DNA of 64,000 nt from Octopus bimaculoides (lineage: Eukaryota), in the NCBI RefSeq assembly GCF_001194135.2, contig NC_068995.1, positions 37,503,058 through 37,567,057 on the forward strand. The letters are read 5' to 3'. Positions 1-11,083 of the stretch are shown piece after piece. Under the pieces are notes generated by a model that was given only the letters and a program-made list of their open reading frames with translations, made no database searches and had not been told where the DNA came from. A program made the position numbers and the translations under genes. Position 1 is the stretch's first letter, and each line of letters begins with the position of its first letter.

Positions 1-2
1 TA

Positions 3-192
3 ACAAAAACACCAGGACTTACAAATATATATAACATACAGAAAATTGCACTACTGGGCACTGCACACATCCTACGCAAAACACTTTCAATACAGTAACC
101 ATAAGAGCATCACAGCAAACCACAGCACATACCCAGGGCACACAGTGCTGCGCTCGGTAGTGAAGTGAAAGTACGTTATAAAAATAAAACTA

Positions 193-272
<80 letters not shown>
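3..272 (+). mobile_element. 3' end of R4/Dong-like (RLE) non-LTR retrotransposon with (TAA)n tail
   Basis: 3..98 translates TKTPGLTNIYNIQKIALLGTAHILRKTLSIQ*, the Q..ALLGT..ILRK C-terminus typical of R4/Dong-clade ORFs. A short 3' UTR follows, then pure (AAT)n at 196-272. Confidence 0.8.
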
Positions 273-273
<1 letters not shown>

Positions 274-326
274 GACAATTAACCGGATACTTTTATAGAA
301 AAAATGAAGTGGAAAACAAAACTTAC

Positions 327-472
327 CTTGTCATGGATTGATTTCTAAAATACCACAGAATTGAACATAGCAATTCCGGTATTAATACAGTACATCACTT
401 ATGACAGGACAAAATGTAAAACAACTATGTGAGAACAACGCCAAGAAGGGATGATCAATACCATCTTTGTAC
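327..472 (-). CDS. Candidate exon of the minus-strand host gene (anomalous: every frame has a stop)
   Basis: Acceptor cttcctatag|G (473) and perfect donor AAG|gtaagt (326). Phase-2 reading is YKDGIDHPFLALFSHSCFTFCPVISDVLY*. An inner acceptor tattttag| would give an 18-nt exon (327-344, KSIHDK). Confidence 0.4.
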
Positions 473-1007
473 CTATAGGAAGTGTTAACTTTGAGAGAGA
501 AACCTAACCTTCTGCATTCTTTTTTTCTTTTTGTCTTACTGTGACCTTATTAATAAATCAGTTGAAAATACAGGAATAGATATAACTGCTTCGAACAAAT
601 TAAAAACGAACTGCTCTGTCGTGATACGTAATTGGAGAAGATCTTAAAAATCGATTAGGTATACAGTTAAGATGTATAAGTGTATGCGAGTGGACAAATA
701 TATGAAAGCTATTTCGGGAGAAGTCAAACATAGTGAGACTGAGAGTATTAAATTAGATCCATACGTTGTAATAAATGAATCGGAGCAGAATCCTCCGTAC
801 AAAATGGTAAGATAGAACCCAGATTAATAGAGCAGGATATTAGAAAAGTTAACCAAAGCATAGTTAGACTAATAATAAACTACTAGAGTTATGATGGATC
901 GAATTATACTAGCTATGCCAGTTGTATCCTACGAATTCAATATATTAAAATAGAAGATAAATGAATTGAAGAAATTTTCAGAGAATAACTAGCGAGCAGG
1001 TGATTAC

Positions 1008-1198
1008 GTGGGCATAGGCGTAGCTGTGTGGTAGCGCATTTGCTGCCCCCAGAACAATTCCGGATTCAATTCCAATGCGTGGTAACATAGGCAACTAATT
1101 ATTACTTCATCTCAGCCAACAAAAGACTGGTGAATGGAAACTTAAAAAAACTTAAAGAAGCCCGTCGTATATGTATATGTATATATATGTATGTATAT
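1008..1198 (+). mobile_element. Degraded 5' part of SINE family B (same family as 46221-46620)
   Basis: ggcgtagctgtgtggtag...aaagaagcccgtcgtatatg matches the copy at 46221; it runs into the gap. Confidence 0.65.
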
Positions 1199-1647
1199 NN
1201 NNNNNNNNNNNNNNNNNNNNNNNNNNNNNNNNNNNNNNNNNNNNNNNNNNNNNNNNNNNNNNNNNNNNNNNNNNNNNNNNNNNNNNNNNNNNNNNNNNNN
1301 NNNNNNNNNNNNNNNNNNNNNNNNNNNNNNNNNNNNNNNNNNNNNNNNNNNNNNNNNNNNNNNNNNNNNNNNNNNNNNNNNNNNNNNNNNNNNNNNNNNN
1401 NNNNNNNNNNNNNNNNNNNNNNNNNNNNNNNNNNNNNNNNNNNNNNNNNNNNNNNNNNNNNNNNNNNNNNNNNNNNNNNNNNNNNNNNNNNNNNNNNNNN
1501 NNNNNNNNNNNNNNNNNNNNNNNNNNNNNNNNNNNNNNNNNNNNNNNNNNNNNNNNNNNNNNNNNNNNNNNNNNNNNNNNNNNNNNNNNNNNNNNNNNNN
1601 NNNNNNNNNNNNNNNNNNNNNNNNNNNNNNNNNNNNNNNNNNNNNNN
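1199..1647. other. Assembly gap (N run); others at 5697-5721, 14112-14426, 19814-19894, 29325-29710, 39006-39847, 47596-47629, 50818-51659, 52465-52557
   Basis: Runs of n, most of them flanked by (AT)n or (CA)n microsatellites. Confidence 0.99.
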
Positions 1648-1700
1648 GTATGTATGTATATGTATGTATCTATCTATATAGTAGAACTAGCAGCTAAGTC

Positions 1701-1748
1701 CGGTTTCACCTGGTCGGTTTCACCTGGTCGGTTTCACCTGGTCGGTTT
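1701..1748. repeat. 14-bp tandem repeat (cggtttcacctggt) x3.4
   Basis: Three perfect units plus a partial unit. Confidence 0.95.
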
Positions 1749-1949
1749 GGATGATTTGGCTGTAAAACCTGCTCTGTGTAAGCATTCGACTTGTTTGGGC
1801 ACGCTTACGTTAAAAAACAATTTTAGAATGACTTTTTTTCTGTAAAAACGCTAAAAATAACTGACCAACAAAAAGATAAACCAACCAAGATTCAACTAAA
1901 TCAAAAAGTAGACCTAAATACTAAGCGAACAAAGATGAACCATCCCATT

Positions 1950-2194
1950 TCCATTGCATCCGCACACGCACATACACAAACATACGCACACATATGCACA
2001 CACACACATTCACATCCCCCCTTTTACATACACACATATATATTCTCACAGAGTTGAAACGCTGTTTGATTTACTTTTTTCAGCGTACGATTTTGATCAT
2101 CCCACTACCAAGTATGATATCACCCCTTCCTTCCTTATTCATCTATCACCCCTTCGTTTCTCATTCATAAATACAAGAGTATCATTATAGAAGA
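1950..2194 (-). mobile_element. Non-autonomous dispersed repeat, possibly Helitron/Helentron-like (homologous to 33578-33957)
   Basis: Shares ttgaaacgctg...ttccttattcatctatcacccctt with 33720-33790; the minus-strand start TCTTCTAtaat resembles the TCTTCTAatat start of the second copy. Confidence 0.4.
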
Positions 2195-2260
2195 TTATCT
2201 CGGTAACCTCAAGTTTTAATATACACAATTTTACATTAATTTTAATGGGCCACACTATAC

Positions 2261-2340
2261 ATTTGTAGCGTACTAAATGTAACAGGCAGTCCGGTGATGG
2301 CATAACTGGTGGAAATTTCGAAGTCACTGTCAACAACATT
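2261..2340 (-). CDS. Host-gene exon (phase 0->2) NVVDSDFEISTSYAITGLPVTFSTLQ
   Basis: Acceptor ttttaaacaag|, open in phase 0 and matching exon 2674-2729. Donor AT|gtatag is weak; an alternative is A|gtacgc at 2274. Confidence 0.5.
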
Positions 2341-2510
2341 CTTGTTTAAAATATATGCATGTATGTGCACGCGTGTGTTTGCGTGCGTGTAAATGTTCTG
2401 AAGTTGAGCATACGGATAATATTTGTCCCTATTATCACCAATGAATTCATATACTCACGCGTGTTTTTTTTTATATATGTTTGTGTAAATGCACATGACA
2501 GTATCACATT

Positions 2511-2562
2511 CATACCTGTGTTACCTATATCACTTTCATACCTGTGTTACCTATATCACTTT
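2511..2562. repeat. 26-bp direct tandem duplication
   Basis: catacctgtgttacctatatcacttt x2. Confidence 0.95.
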
Positions 2563-2673
2563 CATCTCAGTAATTATTAAATTTTACACAAGCCATATCG
2601 TTTTCTAAATATCTAATTCCCTAAGCCGCCATCCCAACGAAATCTAACGTAATAGAATATATTCAAAACTTAC

Positions 2674-2729
2674 GACCATCCTTAGAATATAGTCTCTAAT
2701 TATTCTGTTTACTTTCTTCGTCATTTGAT
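2674..2729 (-). CDS. Host-gene exon (phase 1->0) (D)QMTKKVNRIIRDYILRMV
   Basis: Acceptor aaattttag|, donor GTC|gtaagt; 56 nt, phase matches exon 4963-5117. Confidence 0.6.
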
Positions 2730-3282
2730 CTAAAATTTCTCTGGTGCTACTATTTTGTCTCGCATTTATTTAGAATACTACCCATTATCATCTTAATTAT
2801 TCTACAGAAAAGTTTGCTCCTACAAATCCCTTTTTCACATTAGCAGATCTGAACCCAAGAAATTGTACATAATTCATTGAAAATCTCTCTTTAAATTTTT
2901 GACGCACATTTCATTTTAGATTAACCTTTGTGTTCACCAAAATGGAATTTACAAATCTCATTATCATGTTAATTATAAATCATAAGCATTGTCGATAAGG
3001 ATTAGCGTGACTCTGTTCCAGTCCATCGGTCCGATATAGATTGTCTGCTACAAATATAATCCAACCAATATATATTGTTAGTGGTTTCATGAAGCGGAAA
3101 TGTTAAACTTGAGCAAGAATTCTAACGCTGCTTTAAATATATCATATTCTACTCTATTTCATTTTAATAATTACTGTCTTGCTTAATTGCTCATGAATCG
3201 CAGAATAACAATGTCTTTATTTATACAATTACTCCCTCCCAAAAGCACAAACATACACTTATACGCACATCTGTCTATCAAT

Positions 3283-3284
<2 letters not shown>

Positions 3285-3316
<32 letters not shown>

Positions 3317-3350
3317 ATTTATCTATGTATCTTTATGTATTTCTCTTTCT

Positions 3351-3392
<42 letters not shown>

Positions 3393-3434
3393 CTATCTAC
3401 ATATATATATACATACATACATATATATATATAC

Positions 3435-3465
<31 letters not shown>

Positions 3466-3590
3466 CATAAACTTACATACAAATACACACGCGAACATTT
3501 ACGTACATACATACCTACATGCATAGAAACATATATATCTATGTATGTGTATTTGTATATACATATTTACAAGCACACATTAATATATAT
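3285..3590. repeat. Compound (AT)n/(ACAT)n microsatellite
   Basis: Direct reading. Confidence 0.95.
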
Positions 3591-3785
3591 GTGTCTGCGT
3601 GTGCAGTATAGGCAGTGCATTTCCAGAATTATTATAACTTAGGTAATGAGTTTAGTAAATAACTTCATATAAATGAAGGGAAACGTTACGAGTTAGACTG
3701 TCTTTTAGTTTTAGACAATAATTGATGACAATATTTGCCAATTAAACGTCCCATTGAAAGACACTACATATATCTATTTTTTTAT

Positions 3786-3994
3786 TGCCCACGGAGGATA
3801 AACATAAAGGGGACAATCAAGGAAAGACAAAGGGATTAAGTCGATTACATCGACTCCAGTGCTTGTTTAATCGACCCCGAAAGGATGAAAGGCAAAGTCG
3901 ACCTCGGCGGAATTTGAGCTCAGAACGTAACGGCAGACGAAATACCGCTAAGCATTTTGCCCAGCGTGCTAACGTTTCTGCCAGCTCGCAGCCT
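3786..3994 (-). mobile_element. SINE family A, tail variant 1
   Basis: Reverse complement of aggcggcgagctggcagaa...ttctgagttcaaattccgccgaggtcgactttgcctttcatcctttcggggtcgat...ccccttgtgggcaataa. Confidence 0.9.
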
Positions 3995-4028
3995 TTTTAA
4001 AGATACATATTATAATAACATCTATAAT

Positions 4029-4231
4029 CTTTTCTACTCTAGGCACAAGACCCGAAAGTTTTGGAGTGAGGCCCAGTCGATTAGATCGACACCTTTACAC
4101 AACTGGTACTTAATTTATAGACACCGAAAAGATGAAAGGTAAAGTAAACCTCAGCAGAATTTGAACTCAGAACGTAAAGAGAGACGAAATACCACTAAGC
4201 CTTTGGTTCAGCGTGCCAGCTCATCGCCTTA
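4029..4231 (-). mobile_element. SINE family A, tail variant 2
   Basis: Same head and body, ending ...cttgtgcctagagtagaaaag-like. Confidence 0.85.
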
Positions 4232-4962
4232 AACACTACATATAGTGATCATTATATACCAAGTACAGAACTCCATACTCCACCAAAATCAGCTGATGTA
4301 ACAGTAATCTAAGCATTACGAAAACACCCTAGACCATTGTCTCATTTGTTAATATATATTGGACTGAAACATTTAATTTTACACGAAACAATTTAAAGTG
4401 TTTTTGTATAACCACTAGAAAATTGGGTACCACCAGGTAGGTGTGAGTATACGAGTACCCATCAAATTAACAGCTTGTTTTTTTTTCTTTCTATGGAATA
4501 CATACACAATTCTAATTTTTAATATTCTTACAGAGATCAACTACCCATCGAAAACGGAATAGTTCTCTTTCCAGAGGAACAAAATCGATGCCGGTAACGC
4601 AGGTAAAGTTGTAAACATCTATTATTTATAAATAAAATATACGAATATTAATTAAATACGGCGTGCATAGATTTCTAACACCTTATCTTAAGTACACATA
4701 TATGTATCGACGTCTTTATACACTGACTCAAAAGTTTAAAGATGAATAAGTAGTACCAAACATGATCACACGTTTTACATGCATCATGAAAACGAGGCAA
4801 AGAGTGAACGTCTAGTTTGTCGCACAATTTGCTACCCAATTCATACTGACTTTCTTTGAAAAGTGAAGGATACTTTAGTGTAACTCTACATGCAGTGTCT
4901 GATAAAAATAGTATAGTCTCTGTGGTATAACTTTGATCGTAAATCCACTGCTTCTAGCTTAC

Positions 4963-5117
4963 CTTGCAGTTTAATACCAAGAACAAAAACATGACTGGCT
5001 GGAAAGAAATTGTCCATCAACACAATAACAAATCTGCTTTGTAAGGAAACGTCCATATTCGTAGTGCTCTGCATGTTGGCCTTAATAGCTATGGCTACTA
5101 AATTAAACTGTTCTTTG
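4963..5117 (-). CDS. Host-gene exon (phase 2->1) KEQFNLVAIAIKANMQSTTNMDVSLQSRFVIVLMDNFFPASHVFVLGIKLQ
   Basis: Acceptor gttttctctacag|, donor CAAG|gtaagc; 155 nt with only one open frame. Confidence 0.75.
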
Positions 5118-5779
5118 CTGTAGAGAAAACTATTATGGGATATCATAAATCATCCGTTATGCTTATCCGAAATGAATGACCACGAATTGGATATGGTGCA
5201 CAAAATACGCAGGAAATTATTAGGGATATTTATTCTAAAATTGGAATAGAATGTCGTGTAAATGACACAGTGAAGAAATAAAATATAATAAAAGATTATA
5301 CTGTAATCTAGAAAAAGATTCTGAAGTCAAGTAATTACGAGAGAAATCCTAAAAATATCTGCAAAAAAAAAAAATGAAAATGGAAAACAAAATAGGATAA
5401 AAATATAACGAAAGGGATGAATAAAGAGAAACAAACTGAATTTGAATTTCAGAATTGAAGCATCAGACATTTGTACGCGAAGTAAACACAACGAAAGCCA
5501 TATTTTTAATGTAACGAGCCGGAATTGAACGGACTACAGACACCAGATACAAAAGCATAGTAAATTAATGACTATATTTAGAATATATCTCAAGTATACG
5601 CCGCTAGGTTATATTTATCTCAGACAACAGATGGATTAGTATTCGTACCATTATTAGATCACTATAAATCTTATAACATATATATATATATATATANNNN
5701 NNNNNNNNNNNNNNNNNNNNNTATATATGTATATATGTATATAGAGGAGCACGCTGTCGTTACGACGACGAGGGTGGGG

Positions 5780-6900
5780 ACTGCAGCGGGGTGGCTCCTG
5801 GACGCATGTTTGTGTTACTGTAGGGTTAGCGTTGGGGTCGATGCCTGGAGAGGTAGGGTGAGATGTGTTTGCAGCGGAAAGGTGGCAGTAGGAAAGGAGG
5901 GGAGCAGAAAGGAGGTAGTAGGTGGGATGGGAGTGGGTGGGGGTTATTCGTCTTCCTTCTTTGTTTCCTCCTCTTCCTTGCCACTACTGTCCATCCCTTT
6001 TCATTTTCAACCTGCCTACAAGGCTCCTCATAGCCTTTTGTTACTTGCTTTGCGGGTGACTGCACGCTCCCCTTCGTTATAGTCTCCGTCACTTTCTCAG
6101 AGGGTGGAGTGCACTTAGCAATTATGTGGACCTTTTGGCCACACTTAAAACAACGAGGCCTCCTGCCCTCCACTACGGTCCTCAGTCTTTTTCTGCTAAC
6201 CAGAATGGTTGCAGCCAAAATCTCTAAATCTTTTGGGGCAGCCTGAACAATCACCTCAAGCCCCTGCCCCAGCCAGTTCCGCGCAGGTAGCCTAGTTATT
6301 TGGAGGATTGAAATTCTTTCCTCCACGCCAAGGGTCATTGCAGCCACGAGCCAGACCACATTTACCTCCGGCGAGACCTCCTCCACTCTCACCTTGGCTA
6401 CACACCTTCCAGGTTAGTCGGCAAAAGCAGCACTTCCTGTGATTTCAGGGCTGTCACCGAATGCTGCTTAGCTTTTTCCTCTGATTGAAATCTCACATCA
6501 ACCGACGCAAACTTGTTACCCCTGGTCAATTATTTAACCTCTGACCAGATGGGCCCCAAGCATCTTTCAATCTGTTCTCTTGATGCAACATCGATCTTTT
6601 TATCCTTTAACACGTACGTTTTGTAAATTACGAGTTTTGCTTGTACTTTTAATACTTCGATCGGAGACGTCATTTCCACAACATACCCCTCGTTTTACAT
6701 CATTTTTCTTTACTTTCCTATGTATTGCATTTTCGCCGACATGCCTTCTTTCAAAGTCCCGGTTGATGCCGCAAAACTGTTCTCTTTTATCTCTCTTGCT
6801 ATCCCCACCTCCACTTTTTCTAGTGATTCAATCATTTCACGTTCTGACATACTAACGTCTGAGAAACTTAGCCGTTCGCATTCTAAGTCCATTCTTCTGG
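5780..6900 (-). mobile_element. Tx1/L1-like ORF1 (gag-like, CCHC zinc knuckle) remnant, copy A
   Basis: ORF 5826-6392 contains EGRRPRCFKCGQKVHIIAKC (CX2CX4HX4C); an N-terminal piece at 6710-6892 (NSFAASTG) is homologous to copy B. Confidence 0.8.
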
Positions 6901-8046
6901 TTTTCTATCTTCTCCTTTCCTTCTTCCTCCTCCCCTTCCTCTCCTTCTTTGCATTCGGAGCAGATATGTCCTAGCTGGCCGCACTGGAAGCTCCTTGGTT
7001 TTCGTCCCTCCACAAACACTATGGGTGACTCCTCTGCTATTTCTATTTTCTCTGGTATTTCTTCGAGAGCTTGCAGCTCTACCTGTACGACCATATTAAT
7101 TATTTAGCCGTGCTAATTCATTTTACCTGTAACTGTCGCCTGGAGGAGTGTGATTTTCTCCACGTTCATGGTTACGGCTGCTATCAGCCACATGGGGTCC
7201 ACCTCCGATGAAATTCTCCCTATTTGAATTCTTGATGTTCTCCATCCCATATATGTGGGTCTGAGTGCCACGTCATCTGTCTTTATAATTTCAACTGAAT
7301 GGTATTGCACCTTTTCCTCACTTACCATTCTCACCTCTATTGTGCCAAACATTTTGCCGCGAGTTATGTATTAAATGTCGGGCCATATTTGCTGTAAACC
7401 TTTTTCCACCGTTTCTTCAGCAATTCTGTCCATTTTTCTGCTTTTAAGATTGTATGTTTTGTATATTATTGTCTTTCTTTTTTTCCGCTTCTAACACTCT
7501 CTGTGAAGGTTCTACTTTCACCGTGCTTCCTTCTTTTTGTAACATATTTGTGTACTGTTTTAATTCTTTTTCTGTATTGAGTTGTCAGGTTCGACTCCCG
7601 GTTGCTGTTGCAAAACTGTTTTTCTCTTCTTGTAAAATTTTCACTGCTATATTCCTTGTTGATACAATGCTACAGATCTCTATCCGATCGGACTCTACCG
7701 CCTTTAAAATTGACATGTTCAATAATGTTCTTTTTCCTGTTTTATGTTTTAGAAAATCATGATGTTGAATGCAGGAGTGCCTATAACCATAGATTTGCTT
7801 AATAACTGTTAAATTGGAACTAACCATTAACAAAAACACAAGTAGTAAAATAAATTCGAAGGCAAAATCGTTGTACGCAACAAACAATGCGAACGACAGA
7901 AATGCCAAGGACAAACATTACAAACTCAATAAAACATATAAATGGAAGGATTTGATATACTACGATTACAGCGTAACAAAAGCGTGTGTCATGTATATAA
8001 ATACAATTAACGACATTCCGAAACAGAAACGATACAACAATAAATA
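6900..8046 (-). mobile_element. Tx1/L1-like 5' region plus ORF1 remnant, copy B
   Basis: Pieces NSFATATG, PTYMGWRTSRIQIG..WLIAAV and VEGRKPRSFQCGQLGHICSEC are colinear with copy A and with 37200-38078. Confidence 0.8.
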
Positions 8047-8357
8047 ACTCGGGAGACTTGGAAAATCTTATGGCTGAATTGTCATTGGTGTCGATGGTGA
8101 GCTTTCTGTTGGGCTCCTTTCCGATGTACTATTGTCTGCATTGCCGTACAACATGGATTTTTAAAAAGTAATTATTTCCCCCCCGCCCAACGGGGGAATA
8201 AAAAAAATGCTTTCAAAAAGCAATTAACAGTCTTTCTTTGTCAGTTAACATAAGATTAAGGATATATTTGATGAAAATAAAAATAAACATTTACAAAATT
8301 AATATTCAACAAAATACAAAGCACATTAAATGCCTATTCAATATATAAAAGTAAAAA

Positions 8358-8538
8358 AAAGGCAAGTTTGCAGAAACCAGTCGAGCAAAAAGCACTTTAC
8401 ATCGTGAGTTTAAATTCTACCCATGTCGACTTTGCTTTTCATTCTTTCGAGGACGATAAAATAAGTACTGGAGTCAATTTAATCAACATATCTTCCCCCA
8501 AAATTTCTGGCCTTGTGCCAAAATCTGAAATCAATATA
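8358..8538 (+). mobile_element. Degraded SINE family A
   Basis: gagtttaaattctacccatgtcgactttgcttttcattctttcg...ggccttgtgccaaaatctgaaa. Confidence 0.7.
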
Positions 8539-8787
8539 TAAAATTCTAACAATAATCAATAACAAATAGACCACTGATTCAAGTTTAACTGCACTTTAGT
8601 TACTGCTTATAGAAGACTGACTAAAAAAATAATTGTAAAAGGGAACATTTGTAAGATTACAAATCAAGACATTAACAATATGACCTCAAGATTCTTTATC
8701 ATCGTAGAAACCTGGTACGCAATAAGGGCTTTCTTTGTGATAACTCGCACTAGCGATAAGTCATATCAACACTCTAAAGACAGCCGT

Positions 8788-9175
8788 CAGATCTCTATCC
8801 GATCGGACTCTGCCGCCTTTAAAATTGACATGTTCAACAATGTTCTTTTTCCTGTTTTATGTCTTAGAAAATCATGATGTTGAATGCAGGAGTGCCTTTA
8901 ACCATATATTTGCTTAATAACGGTTAAACTGGAACTAACCATAAACAAAAACACAAGTAGTAAAATAAATTCGAAGGTAAAATCGTTGTACACAACAAAC
9001 AATGCGAACGAACGACAGAAATGCCAAGGACACACATTACAAACTCAATAAAACTCAATAAAACATATAAATGGCAGGATTTGATATACTACGACTACAG
9101 CGTAACAAAAGCGTGTGTCATGTATATAAATGCAATTAACGACATTCCGAAACAGAAACGATACAACAATAAATA
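8788..9175 (-). repeat. About 380-bp direct duplicate of 7673-8046 (5' end of ORF1 unit)
   Basis: Near-identical, with scattered substitutions and two short indels. Confidence 0.95.
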
Positions 9176-9442
9176 GATATTCTTTTATACAAGTTAAGAA
9201 AAATGTAATAGTTGTTGGAGCTTGTAAGTGGTAGTTGAACTTGCTAAAGATAACAATCAAATTTCTATCATATTGCACTCTTACGTTTCAAAACCAACAC
9301 AAAATAAATTAAGAAAACTGTCCTGTATTTCTGACTATATCGCCATAGTTATCTCAACATATTCACATATTATTAAACAAACTTGATTTTTATATAAAGA
9401 ATTCTATTAAGGGTCTTTCACGAAGAAACAAGAAATACAAAC

Positions 9443-9575
9443 TTATAAAACTTAACAACTATACTTTCTCCAGTTAAGATACAATCAATCTCAGGAGCGT
9501 GTACATATTCGATCGATATGATAGAAAGATCACCCAAATCACCCTCAGCTTCCGCTTTACCATTTTTGAGTAGAA
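9443..9575 (-). CDS. Host-gene exon (phase 1->2) (V)LLKNGKAEAEGDLGDLSIISIEYVHAPEIDCILTGESIVVKFY
   Basis: Acceptor ttatcttataag|, donor AA|gtttgt; 133-nt open frame that bridges the phases of exons 10202 and 5117. Confidence 0.65.
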
Positions 9576-10201
9576 CTTATAAGATAATGCCGGTCAGGAC
9601 AGCTTATCTGCTAGAAATATTAAATATCATTAAATCCCGCACTATTGCCTCAGGACAACTGAATATTATTATCATAAATATACCATGGGGAAAAATGCTA
9701 GAACTGTATGGAATCTCTTTGATCAAATCTCTGTTCATTCAAAGTTTACCCATGTCTAAAGCAACAGCAGCAACAAAATATATACACCAAACTAAACAAA
9801 TATGATAGCATCCGAAGACAACCTCTAAATACTATACACTCTATATAAATACAATACACTTTATATAAATGGACTGCTAACTTGATGAAAAAAAAAACAG
9901 ACATGAAAGAACAAAAGTTCTTCATTAGGCAAATGACAAGGAAATATCAAAAAGAAAGACAACGAAACAACAGGAAACAACAGGAAACATGTGTACGACT
10001 GTGTTTAACATAAATTATGAAATCAGACGTTAAAACACTATACAAATAAATAACATGAATGTCGATTGAAAGTCAAACAATTCCATTGACGTCAAAGAAC
10101 AACAACTTGAAGTAGCAATACCAACATTCCAACATAAATATCTTTATCAAGCATTTTTCTAAAATCAGTTATGAAACACTGCTCAAAAGATACCAACTTA
10201 C

Positions 10202-10257
10202 CAGTTTCCTTCCTTTCTTCTTTAATTTCTATCGATTTACCTTTCTTCCTTGAGGCA
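10202..10257 (-). CDS. Host-gene exon (phase 2->1) ASRKKGKSIEIKEERKET
   Basis: Acceptor acgtttctag|, donor CTG|gtaagt; single open frame. Confidence 0.55.
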
Positions 10258-10388
10258 CTAGAAACGTATTAGGAAAAAAATCAGGCAACTGAAAAGGCCT
10301 TATGAACAGACCTAACGATAGATAACTATGAAAATCGTCTACATGCTCACGTAACTTTGCATACATCAGCAGCTTTAACTACTCATAC

Positions 10389-10430
10389 GAGCAGTGACAA
10401 ACATTAAATGTCTTGTGAGTGAAGAGAATT
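10389..10430 (-). CDS. Candidate host-gene exon (phase 2->2) ILFTHKTFNVCHC
   Basis: Long pyrimidine tract ending ttcaatatttttag|, donor CTC|gtatga; the phase fits exon 10257. Confidence 0.45.
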
Positions 10431-10851
10431 CTAAAAATATTGAAAGCAAAATGAAAGAATGAAACAATGAAAACAGTATGAAAAACAACTATTGATTATT
10501 CCATCATTTATAAAAATCGGCTTATTCTCTGCAACGTCATTCTAGGCAATCGTCTTTAAACTCACGCCATACGTCCTATCAACAAAGTTCAGCCGTATCT
10601 CTACGCTTGAAAATGATTAATAACTTCTATACCAAAAGGTTTTTGCACCTATCATTCTACCTTCAAAACTAACAATTCTCTTCTTTGCACTCATGCAAAA
10701 ACTTAAACGTAAATACTTAGCACCTTTTTCCACGAAAACACATTTATCAAGATAATAATCTTTCAAGTTACTAAGCTTATGTAACGTGCAGTAATAAAAA
10801 CACACAATATTCTAAATGGTGGATTGCAGGTATCGGTTTTTTCCTTCACAT

Positions 10852-11083
10852 AGGCGGCGAGCTGGCAGAATCGTTAGCACGCCGGGTGAAATGCTTAGCG
10901 GTATTTCGTCTGCCATTATGTTCTGAGTTCAAATTCCGCCGATGTCGACTTTGCCTTTCATCCTTTCGGGGTCGATAAATTAAGTACCAGTTACGCACTG
11001 GGGTCGATGTAATCGACTTAATCCATTCGTCTGTTCTTGTTTGTTCCCTCTATGTTTAGCCCCTTGTGGGCAATAACGAAATA
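10852..11083 (+). mobile_element. Full-length SINE family A (tail variant 1) with target-site duplication
   Basis: Complete head-to-tail copy; ttttccttcacat at 10839-10851 and at 11088-11100. Confidence 0.95.

Noticed and set aside
389-406. CxxU selenoprotein motif (C-H-K-TGA)
   Set aside because: The frame has two other stops upstream and no SECIS could be identified.
4420-4602. Plus-strand mini-exon pair (4420-4437, 4534-4602)
   Set aside because: Short, no recognisable peptide and no supporting chain of exons; consistent with chance.
9518-9805. Plus-strand 95-aa ORF faintly resembling an RTE RT
   Set aside because: No catalytic motifs, and it overlaps a better-supported minus-strand exon.
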